The position numbers were made by a program, and so were the translations under genes. Below the pieces are notes generated by a model. The model saw only the letters and a list, made by a program, of their open reading frames with translations, was not told where the DNA came from and searched no databases. Source: Perna viridis (lineage: Eukaryota). From it: 64,000 nt of DNA. The stretch covers positions 15,314,001-15,378,000 of the forward strand of contig CM074511.1 in assembly GCA_037379345.1 (NCBI GenBank). Reading direction: 5' to 3'. Shown one piece after another: positions 37,789-49,100 of the stretch (positions within the stretch are counted from its first letter, which is position 1; the number at the start of each line of letters is the position of its first letter).

Positions 37789-38977
37789 ACCATGTGCTTT
37801 ATAATATGCATTTTTCCTATAAGCATACACTGGTATATTGCTCTTGCAGAGATCAAAAAGCATTCATTTCAGGAAATTAAAAAAAAAAAAAAAAAAAATA
37901 TTTGCTGAAAGTGTAAAAAAAAAATTCCAATTTGATTTTGGTCTGAAAAAAAAAAGAAAATTTAAATTAGGAAATCCCAGGCCCCCAAGCATAAGAAAAT
38001 GGTTCATGCCTTATAATGTCATTTCTCAGCTTCAATAATCAGTCTCATTTTGTCATAAGACAGTTCATATTGTTCAAAATTTCATGTCATGATAACCTGT
38101 TTAACCTGGTTTGTGATGTATTGAAATGGCTAATTTAAGCATCAACTCATGAGTACATTTCAATGAACGAAATACAAAGAAAGTTGGTCCATATCCTTTG
38201 TCTATAATAGATGTTAATCTTTGTTATGTATATAAGCACTTTCACAATTTGAATAATATTGGTTCAAGACTTGGTGTTACGTGTTACACAGGATAGGTAC
38301 CCCTGAGTCTGACAGACGGAGTTGAGTGGCAGAAATGGAAGCGTACATTATCGCCCCATAGAAATAATTATCATCATTTTTTTTACAGCTGTCTAAATCA
38401 AGTTTTTATCCCCGGCTTTGTAATAATCTAGAATTTCGATTAGTTGATGGCACGTCATAAAAAACCCATATACCTGAGTGTTGCTAACAAATATACCTGG
38501 ATGTTGCTAGCTATTACGCTGGGGAAAGTCACACGAATACTTCTGTGATTTCTACTCCATTTGTTTTCAATGAGAAATGAATTCTATAGAAGTACTTATA
38601 TGTCTGTTAATAAACTTCATCATTTATTCCCGATTTTATTCCATGAAACCCTGTAATATCCTCATCTCCTGTACTTTGATGAAAATGTCCCATTGTCTTC
38701 ATGAATGAAATTCCTGACCTAATTATGCAAATGACCCACTTTGACGTCATACACTTGTGATGTTGAAGCATGCAACGTTCTCCATTTATTAAAGTTGGCC
38801 AATTTCTCCTATTTTGAAAGATAAATGTTGAATATTTTGGCAGGTATAGAGTTCTACTGAAGGTAGTACCCTACATTTTGCAAAAGAATATCTAAATTTT
38901 CAATTTTTCATACTTATTTTTACTTAGAGTAAGAAAAATGTCACTTTAATGTTACATACTTGTTTCCATTTGTCTCA

Positions 38978-39663
38978 GTTCCCACTATATAGATGACGTA
39001 TTATCTTTAAACAGATAGTCAGCCACATATCTTGACCTTCACTTAGAAATCAATGGTAAAGGAAAACTATTGACCAAACTTTATGACAAAACTGATGACT
39101 TTTCATTCAGAATTGTCAACTTTCCTTTCATCTGTGGCAACATCCCTTCAGCACCTGGGTATGGAATGTTCATATCACAACTCATACGTTATGTCAGAGC
39201 TTGCCGAAACTATGCAGACTTTTTGTATTGCACTAGAATTCTAACAAATAGGCTTCTGGAACAGGGTTATGTTGCTACAAGATTAAAGTCATCACAACAA
39301 AAGTTTTATGGTTGTCATCATGAACTTGTGGATCGTTACGGTGTATCCATCTGCGCCATGAAAACTGATTTTTTCAATGTGTCATAGTTTTCCTTTCCTC
39401 TACCCAGTACTTCACTTTTTATGAGCAACTTGGCGGGTGTTTCTAGAAAAGCAGAGGACGCTTACCCTACTGGTGCACCCGGTCCATGCTCCCAGTTTTT
39501 AGTAGAGTCTAAGTTGTTTATTTGCTTTTGTTACTTTGTATGTATGATTTTAGTTATTTTATGTTCTTTGTTGTATGTGTGTCTGTTTTCCATGTCTGGT
39601 TTTTGTTCATGGATTACATTCTTTTCAATTACCGCTATAACCTTGTTTCCCTTGATTACTCTT
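38978..39663 (+). mobile_element. 5'-truncated, internally deleted Penelope-like (Naiad-type) retroelement: RT palm/thumb fragment plus 3' UTR
   Basis: YIDDVLSLN (38986 on), then SATYLDLHLEI...TKLYDKTDDFSFRIVNFPFICGNIPSAPGYGMFISQLIRYVRAC...LLEQGY...KFYG* ending at 39387; the 3' UTR is shared with the copies at 34528 and 47101. Confidence 0.8.
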
Positions 39664-39705
39664 CCCTAAATGCTGCTATTTGGGCAAAGACCTGGGGATG
39701 AAATT

Positions 39706-39827
39706 GTTAATATCTGTAGATATGGAGATTTTAACACTCTTTAGTACCATGTACACCCTTTGGCTTCGCCTCAGGGCGTACCTTAGTACTTCAGGGATTG
39801 AAAATCACCGTATCTACAGATATTAAC
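39706..39827. repeat. 122-bp imperfect palindrome (miniature foldback element end)
   Basis: GTTAATATCTGTAGATA..GGC TTC GCC..TATCTACAGATATTAAC; ~60-bp arms. Confidence 0.85.
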
Positions 39828-39918
39828 GTAGATAACTTACGATGACTTATTTTGTTCAAAATATAATGGAAACTTTCACCTGACATACTAAGTGAAACAA
39901 TCTGATACACTGAATATC

Positions 39919-39924
39919 TTTATT
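39919..39924 (-). terminator. Candidate AASS polyadenylation signal (implies ~3.1-kb 3' UTR)
   Basis: AATAAA on the minus strand at the boundary between repeat-poor sequence and the TE cluster; other AATAAA sites lie nearer the stop. Confidence 0.25.
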
Positions 39925-42900
39925 CAGTAAATCTGGACTATACACAGCACACATGATCACATGATCACATATTGATATTCAATATTTGTCATTAATCCAC
40001 TAAACATACATGCCCACTGGGCATAATGTATTGATTGTTAACAAATAATACTTAGTATGTTGTATAACTAAATTATTTGTTTTTAGTAAACAAATTTATA
40101 TATTAAAAAGATTTTGTGAAAACTAATTGTTTTCTGGAATAAACCAACAAGCTTAAAAAACACTCTATTAATGGTGAAAATAAAACTATATATATATATG
40201 ACCAATTTCGCCGCTGGATCTAAGGAGGACAAAAAGATAATGCAAATGTAAAAGTGTAAATATAAACAACAATTCAATGTTCAAAAGTTATCATTGATAA
40301 CAAGTTTGACTTACTTTGTGACCAGAATAAATATGATGCCCCTTCACCTAAAAGTGAAAACAGTTCACAGTAAGATTCTAAGTTGTATACCAACAGATAA
40401 GAAATTCTTATAAAATGTGGAATTCCAATATGGAAAAAAATACATGATATAAAAATCTATATTACATTACAGCAAATACATTGATGATGTTCAGGGGATA
40501 GAGTTTAGTTAGTGTTTCCTTCTTTAAATGATAAATATCTGAAGACCTTTGGAAGTGAACTGGACAAATGACAAGGAGATTTAAATTTTCTTTCTGTCAA
40601 TTCATCTGTTACTTAAATATCATAAGTATTTGAATCTCCTCCTCAATTTTTTCAGTTAACTCCCTTTGGATGTTTATCAGGTGATCATCAATTAGGGGGA
40701 GGACCAACTGTATCCCCTGAGAATTATCATTGTATCTACTGTAAAGGACTAAAATGAAAAAATACAACTTGATAAACATTGTGTACATTTTTTCTTACTT
40801 GACTTCTAAGCATTTTTTTTCAACAAATAACAGTTCTATATAAGATAAAATTGGAGTACAGTGTACAAAAAATCAGACTGAAGTATTGGCATAAATGAAA
40901 AAAAAACACTTGATGGTGGAGGCTGATTTAAAACTAAAATGAGTATTTTGCTCTATAACACAGGAAAACTGAAAATAAAAGAAGACATTCAAATATCATA
41001 CGAACTACAAAAAATTTTGAGATTCACCATTAAAGTTGTCATTCATAAACTAGCTGCCACATCTAAAAAGACAAAAAAAAAAAACAAAAATGATACTACT
41101 GTATCTAACAATTAACACAAGAAGTAATCAAATCCCAAGTCTATTTCCATTTATATGAATATATGAAATTCATGTTACTGTAAATCATTCCCATGTAACA
41201 GGTTGACTATAAAATATAAATATAAGCATGCCTGCTAACCTTCCCTCTTTTTTAATAAATCTCCCTCTTAAGGGAAGGGAGATTCCTCCTCTCCAGGAAG
41301 GGAGATTTCAAGTTAAGATTAAACACTGGAGCAGCTTCATATAATTAAAAGTGATCATTTGTAAAAACATGAATCATAACATTACAATAAACAATTAGGC
41401 TGTTATAGCTTAGTTTTTTATACAATGACATATTTTATTGCCTTCAACAGTTCAACTAAGCAGACATATTCTAATAGACAGCTGTACTGGCATTGTAATT
41501 TAATATCAGTATGATTTACTTCCAATAAGAAAACAATCTAATGCAAAAAATCCACTAAATCTACGCTGAATCGTAACAAAACATTCTAAATGAATAAAAC
41601 ACAATAAAATACCTTAATTTCAAACAAGTTTAACCCTTTACATTAACAAGGTAATTGAGAAAAAGTTGACATACATGTATATGTAATCTTTACTTAGCAA
41701 ATCTAAGAGACTGTGTTTTGATCATATTTAACAACAAAAAAATAAAAACAAAAGAACACTGGGCATGGCTGCACAATTGTACGTTTAATGTAACAAATAT
41801 TTTTAAGAGCTTCCCTTTAGAAAAAAAACATATAGGCCAAATTGAATCACACTTTAAAAAAAAAACCACTTCCTAATAAAACATAGCGGTAAGTGATAAG
41901 TTATCATTGTGATTGTCTGTTATAACAAATTATCATCAAAACTAAACATCTTAACCAGAAAATGTTTAACAACTTATTACTAAATTGCACATTGCTGTAA
42001 ACAGTTATCAGTGGTCTGGTTCATTTTGATATTTTTTTCAATACTGTAAAAATTACATAGCAAAATAAATTTCTTCCCAAGTCAAAAATTAAAGAATGTG
42101 CTTTACTTTCTCTGCTAAATTAAACTCAGGTTCACCCAGCCATGACCAAGTCAAACAGAGGTAATTAAATTTCATACCCTGGATTAACTGGCACTTTTCT
42201 GTTAATTCTAAAAAAAATTATCCTTTAAAAAATAATCTATCACAGACACATTTTTCCTCCGAAAAAAATACATAACAAATCTCCATTCTACACTTTAATT
42301 TCACTTTACATATCAAAAACTTAACAAGTTCATCACAGATCTTAACATAATTTTTAAAGACAAAATCTATTTCTATATAGTCCTTATCAGATATGATTCA
42401 AATTGATTAAGAATGTAAACTCTTAACAAGTACTATTTCATCAATAATGATTAACTTAAGACTTTCAATATTATATCACCATGTATTTTGGGTCTACATG
42501 AAGGTTTTTTATTTTGTCCTTTCGAGCAGATTTCTAAGAGCCAAGTGATATTTGATTAAATGAGTATATTTAATTTGTGTTAAAGCACAGGTACTCACAA
42601 CAAATATATATACTGTATTTACCAATTATGTAATATACCAATGTACTACCTAGTACCCTTATATTTTTATACAACAATTAATTCTACCATCTCAACATCA
42701 TTCGGAAAAAAATATGGAGCACTCTTCTAGACATGAAATACAACATGATTTCTGAACCTTCCTGATATGAACAAACCAGAAGTTGATTTCACAAAATGTC
42801 ATAAGTATACAATAAACCTTAAGGTACAAAGACTTAACTGAATAAAACATCTTAATTTATAATCAATGTTACATTTACAACAAAAAAGTCCATGTTTGAG

Positions 42901-43024
42901 ACTGAATGTAAGGGTGAAATATCATCAAACTTAACATGACTTAATATGAGACTTACAACTTAATAGGAAACAGACCATTTAGTCAAATACACAAGTCTCA
43001 TAAAGACAGTTCTTCGTTTTCTGC

Positions 43025-43140
43025 CTAAAGGTCATAAGTTTCTTCAACAGCTTTTATTCCCTCTTTCTGAAGTCTTTTTAACATAGGTTGGTAAACCTCT
43101 CTGTTCATTGGTAACTGGATTCCTTTGTTTTGGATTTCAC
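43025..43140 (-). CDS. AASS: AASS coding exon 22 (stop)
   Basis: (G)[40 protein letters not shown]. Confidence 0.94.
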
Positions 43141-46100
43141 CTGAAAATTCATATAGATGTTATATGCTAACAACAACAAAAACTTGACCTGAACTAGTTT
43201 TTGAACATTGACTTTCGACAGAACAGTTTCTACTAAAGATTGTATATATTGAATACTGAAGTTCTATAAAATTTTGGTTGACATTTTTTATTCAGATAAG
43301 ATTGAATTGGGCAAAATCATTGTCATATGGTGTGCAAGTCTTGTGATCTGACTACATGGTTTCATTGGTCCTCGTCCACCATTCAAATGCATAAAGATTT
43401 GTCATTAACATATCATTGGAGTCAATATCATAAAAGCAAAATATCTTTTTGTGTAAAAATACTGACAAAAAATAAATATATTAAGAAAAGCATAAAATAG
43501 AAGATTTCGCATTTTGATGCAGCGTTTCGATTTCCTGGAAGCAAACAATGAAATGCAGATCAGTCTTCAAATTTTGCAACGTTCTACATCAGAAATTCTG
43601 GAAGGGAAATTGAAACTAGAAAGAGACTTACAAACCCGATTTGAAGAGAGCATTTTGTAAGGTAATATTATGTAAACTGGTACTTCATGAAGAATCTTAA
43701 CAAAATTATCCGGTCAGTGCTCATTTTTATAATGATGAATGGTAAATTGATTATGAGGCATCAAGGGTGAGAAGAATTCGAACATATCTGAATTAAAAAG
43801 GAACTATTAAGATATCAATTAAGAAAATAATTGAATAGTCCAGAAATACAACAAACCAGTCAGTATCATTTCTGTAGCAATTGCTGTAGGATAACCAACA
43901 GTCTTAGCCATAGCAGAGAAACCAGTATAGTCTCCATATACAGTCAACCCAACGGTCTTCTTCTGTTGAGAACCATCAGCCAACTGGGCTCCAATAGTGT
44001 GGTGCATCAGAATCATGTCTCTTTCATGACTTTCTGAAATGCAGGTAAAAATGAGTTAGGAACCATTTCTATTCAAGAAATAAATGAAAATATTTCATGG
44101 TATGAAGAAATAAACTCAGTTCTGTGGTGTACAATAATTCCTTGAGGTGACTATTTTTCAAACAAAGTATCAACATTCTATGATTTTTTTTTACTTATTT
44201 ACTATAAATTTTTTCCAGACTTTGAAAGGCCACCATCTTAAAATGGCAGCCATGTTTAGATCTTTTAATATGGCATTGCAAATGATGCCTTATTAACAGT
44301 TTGGGGGAACATAATTAACAGAGTGAAAACAATTTGTTCAGGGGAAATAAATATATCACCATGTATTGGAACCACTTATCAAAGCTATGATTGTTATTAT
44401 TTTAATCAAAGGCATGTGTACTTTTTTACATTCTGAATGACATTGCAAACACAACACTTCAACAGATAGTTTGATCCTAATACATTGTAATAAAAGTTGA
44501 CATAAAGATAACAAAAAAAATACAAAACATATAAATATTACCATAAGCCAGTTTCTTTGCCAGGTAGTGGCACAAAGTATCAATGGGTGTTCCTTTCTTG
44601 TCAATAACAGTATCATCCAGAAGACCAAGACTGTTGTTTAATAGAAAAAAATAATTATTAAATCAAGAATAAGTATTAATGAAAATTTTGTTAATTTTCA
44701 TACAAATATCTAAAGAGTCCACTATGTTAAGGACAACTTATTTGAAAGATACATCATTGCAAGCTTTGAAAGCCTATATATCTATGACTGAACTTATATC
44801 CTCCATAACTTTTAATTCTATTAACAGATATACCTAGTGTTACGTGTATGACTTTTTATTGCTTCAATCAAGAAAACTGTTGAGTCAGTTTAACTACTAA
44901 ATGCTTCATGACCAATCTGAATTTTACCTAATTCAAGACTGAAAACTGTTAAGTAATTATATGAACTCTACATTGTACATTTTTTTCATATCAAAATCAT
45001 AATAGCAACAATACATAAGGAGATATATCACTAATCAAACCATATAAATCATTATTGTACCACTTACTCTATGATGGTCTGGAGTCTTCTCTCAGAATTA
45101 CCAACTCTTTCATATACCATATCCCTTAATGAATCATAGAAGGTGTCAGGTGACTTCCCGAGAACATCACATACATAAGATTTCTGTAGAGACAAATGAT
45201 ACAGAGCAGTGAGTGGTAATATCACATTGGTCAATTTACTTTTTTTCCTTTTGAATCTAATGGACCCATTCAGTAACTGCATTGCATTCTGGGATTGCCA
45301 TTGACGTTCCTCGTTAGTCAAATTATATTTTATGAGGACACTGCATTTTAACGAGGATTAAAGGATGCATGCACTTCCCAGCTAAAGGACCTTGCTCTTT
45401 TAATGTATTTGCAAGATTATCAAACACTTCCATTAGATATTAAAAAAAAAGGAACAGTGTAAGACATCCTTCAAAAGCTACAAAAATACAAAATCATTTG
45501 CACAGTAAAAGGTGAGAAAAATATGATCAAAATAGATCACTGACCAACAGCCAGAGAAATTAAATGTGTTCCCTTCTTATATGAATGGAGGTATCTTAAT
45601 TACCCAGGTCATATCTGGTCCTTTTGGATGAAGGTTGGAACACTCCTCAGAATTCAACAAATTCAAGGCAACAAGTCCTTTAATTACATCACAGAAGCCC
45701 TGAAATAAAAAAAAAAACACCATAAGTTTGTAAGTGTTTTTGCAAGAAATTGACTTTTAAACAACAATTATTACTTATAATTGCTATTAAAAAAGTTGTA
45801 ATAATGATTTGGATTTCATGCAGGAGATTTGGTGTCTGCAACACGGAATTGAGAACTGGAAATTTTTCATCAATCTAACTTAAAATAATGGTTATAAATT
45901 TGTATCAACAACTAAAACATTCACTAAAAATACCACACATACTCTGGTAATTTACTTAATATCAGGCAGGTGTAACATGTTTTCTATCTGAATGACTTTT
46001 GGGGTTTCCTGATGGACCTTATTGACCAGAGAGGGGACCATCTTCTAATCAATAATTTAACAAAACTTTTAGACACAAGCTATAAACATTTAATGTTGTT

Positions 46101-49100
46101 AAAGATATGAAATTAAAAAGATCATTACTTTATATTACGGTTGGTATTTCAAGTTAACTTCCTGTCAGACTGAAATTAGGCTCTCAGGGCATTTAAGGTC
46201 AAAGGTTAAATCCCCACTGACTACCAATATGAGGACTATGTTCCTTTGGTTTTAAACAAGCATTTGATTGGTTGTTTTCTTTGAGCAAACCAGGTTTACT
46301 TGTATAACGTGGTAAAGAACCTTATCAATTGATCCAGTCTACTATTTCAACAATCCCTAACAAGATAATGTTTTGATTACAAAACAATCCTTAATATTTG
46401 GACAGGAATCAATTACAAATTGAATTATCAGTAATATTTCTATACTTTAGAATAAATTATATGAAAAAACCAGGTTTGGGCTTGCTAACATTTTTATAAA
46501 CTGTTATAAACTTTATATGAGTAAACTGCCACAAACCAGGATATTTTGGACAACTTGTTAAAACCTTAAACAATTGTTCTGACCTTATATCTAATTGTTC
46601 CTCTTAGAAGTGTATGGGCAGTTTCTATTCCATAAACAGACATGTACTTAGTAGAGTCTCTGTTGGGTATACCCTCTAGATTAAACCCTGGTAGGAATGT
46701 CAAGTCATCTGGATTGTCCAGAAGTCCTCCTGCTGGTATTTCTATTTTCTAAAAATAAAAAAAAATGAAGTAAAAACAAATAGAAACCAGAAAAAATGTT
46801 TTGGGATTGCCATAAACTGTACTAACAAAACCATTAATAATTAACAACAGATTAACTGACTTGACATGAAACTGATACATGGATGAGTCTTATCACCCTA
46901 GGAAAATGCAAGGTTATGCAGAGCATGTTCACCAGTATGAACTGATAAGGTATATCAGTTCTTGTCAAGTAAGTGAACAGTCATCGTCTTTATACTATAA
47001 CCAAAGTTTAAAAGAAAAAAAATTCTTAAGCCAGAAAAAAACAATGTTTTTGATTTCAAGTGGGCAACATTATGGCAAATTCAAAACAATGTAACATTTG
47101 AAAGAGTAATCAAGGGAACCAAGGTTATAGCGGTAATCAAAAGAATGTAATCCAGGGACAAAGACCAGACATAGAAAACAGACATACACAACAAAGAACA
47201 TAAAGTAACTAAAATCATACATACAAAGTAACAAAAGCAAATGAGCAACTCGGACTCCACTAAAAGCTGGGAGCATGGACCAGGTGCACCGGTAGGGTAA
47301 GTGTCCTCAGCTTTTCTAGAAACACAAGCCAAGTTGCTCATAAAAAGTCAAGTCCGGGGTAGACAAATGAGGAAAGGAAAACTATGACCCTTTGAATAAA
47401 TCAGTGAAAGGTCACAACAAAAAGTTATTTACATCAGTGACTGTACATATCATTCTTCTTGTAAAATACAGTCAATGCATTTTGACAGTGCAAATTAAAT
47501 GGTATAAAAAATGTAAAATGGCACATATTTTCTATCATTATTATCAGAATATATGTTTAACCCACTTTTATAATGATTTTATTTCATCTTTATTGGAAAA
47601 GTTTAAATACTTAATAGCTGACATTTTTTATCCCCGTGGAGTTGTTTCTTTGAAATGTTCACCATAACCATTTTCATTGTATTAATTATCATAATATAAA
47701 GAACATTGCAAAAATTAACATTAGACCTGCAGTATTGAAGATCTTTGAATTTGGCAGTAAACATTATTCATCTAAATAATTTTTTATAACTGAAGATTTA
47801 AATGAAAGAAAAAAAATATCAAGAATTACCTGTCCATCTTTTAGATACGTAGCACCAGCCAAACAATTTCTTAGTACACCAATAGGAAACCAACTGGAAT
47901 TATAAAAGTTCAATATAATTCATGATGCCATTTTCAGTAATGACATTTGAAAATGTAACTTACCAAAAAATCTATTGAATGTATCAGTTTCATCTTGTAA
48001 ATATCAGATTGAAACAATATAATCTGACTAGAATGATTAAGGTTTTCAGCCATAGTACTGATTTCAGTATTTACAAACCTATATAAGACAAAGTTGGACT
48101 GTCATGTAAATTAATTAATCACACTATAACCTTTACCTCTTTAAGTAACTTATGAAAATGACAGTTGATGTTGGTTTTTTTGTTTATGTGAGTAAATGAA
48201 AAAATTAAATTCTTTTCTGCTTATGAATGTTGATAAGGTTATATTCTTTGAATGTGTACAGGGCTGGCAAAATGTTAAAAGCTTTCTTCAAATATATCAG
48301 CAATTAGAAACTGTCAGTAAATATTAAGAAAACAAAATTGTAGCATAAGAACGGTGAAGATACAGTGATATAATGGAGTTCAAATTGTAATTTTAAAAAA
48401 AAATCACATACCTTGGTGTATTGTAACTTAATTACAATGGAAAGATTTAAGTTACACAAATTAATATAACTAAGCAGGGCAGCCACAGCTTTTCAGGGTT
48501 TCTTTTTTTGTGCAAATGTTTTGTTTGTCATTTAAACTCTATCATATGCAAATGTTTATTATGATTTGAATGCAATCTTTGGGGTTAATATAGGAAATGA
48601 CATACTTAAAATACTCTAAAGCTTTTTTGTAAAATGAATTGAGAAAGTCAAGTTAACAAACTTAATGATAGCTAATATTTAATCTTTCAATCTATATTTG
48701 ATTAAAGAGACCGGCACTTTTAATTATTGTATAAAACTGCTTCAGAGGAACACTTGTATTAGTCTAATTGTTAAAACATTGGAATAAACTAAAATAAAAA
48801 AAATACCTGAATTTGTACATCAAAGGTGTGTTTGAATGCTCAGGGGCAGGTAATCCTCCGCACCACGAAACATAGGATGTGACCTGGAAGAATTTGTTAC
48901 AAAAAAAATATCTGTATTATACAATTATGTTTTTTACTGAATGTGATATCATGTTTTAAGGTACATTTGACAAAGATATTGACAAATGCCAAAGGCCGAA
49001 GTCTTTTTTTTTTATTTTGCCATAAAACACTAATATTATACTCAATTATTAAGTGATAGTAAATTACACAATAAATTGTTGTACAACTTACAATGATATA

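Larger units (their letters stand above)
36293..38010. mobile_element. Non-autonomous TIR DNA transposon (~39-bp TIRs, TTA target duplication; PIF/Harbinger-like), 1.7 kb
   Basis: GGCAAGAACCATTTTCTTATGGTGGGGGGCCTGGGATTT ... AAATCCCAGGCCCCCAAGCATAAGAAAATGGTTCATGCC (3 mismatches), flanked by TTA at 36290-36292 and 38011-38013. Confidence 0.85.

Noticed and set aside
39421-39669. [28 protein letters not shown]..., repeated at 47081-47341 and partly at 34564-34752, looking like a small membrane-protein family
   Set aside because: It is the T-rich 3' UTR of the retroelement. The hydrophobicity comes from T-richness and the copies differ by frameshifting indels.
45308-45357. TCCTCGTTA/TAACGAGGA inverted repeat in an AASS intron as a possible H/ACA snoRNA
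   Set aside because: No convincing H box, second hairpin or ACA tail at the expected spacing.
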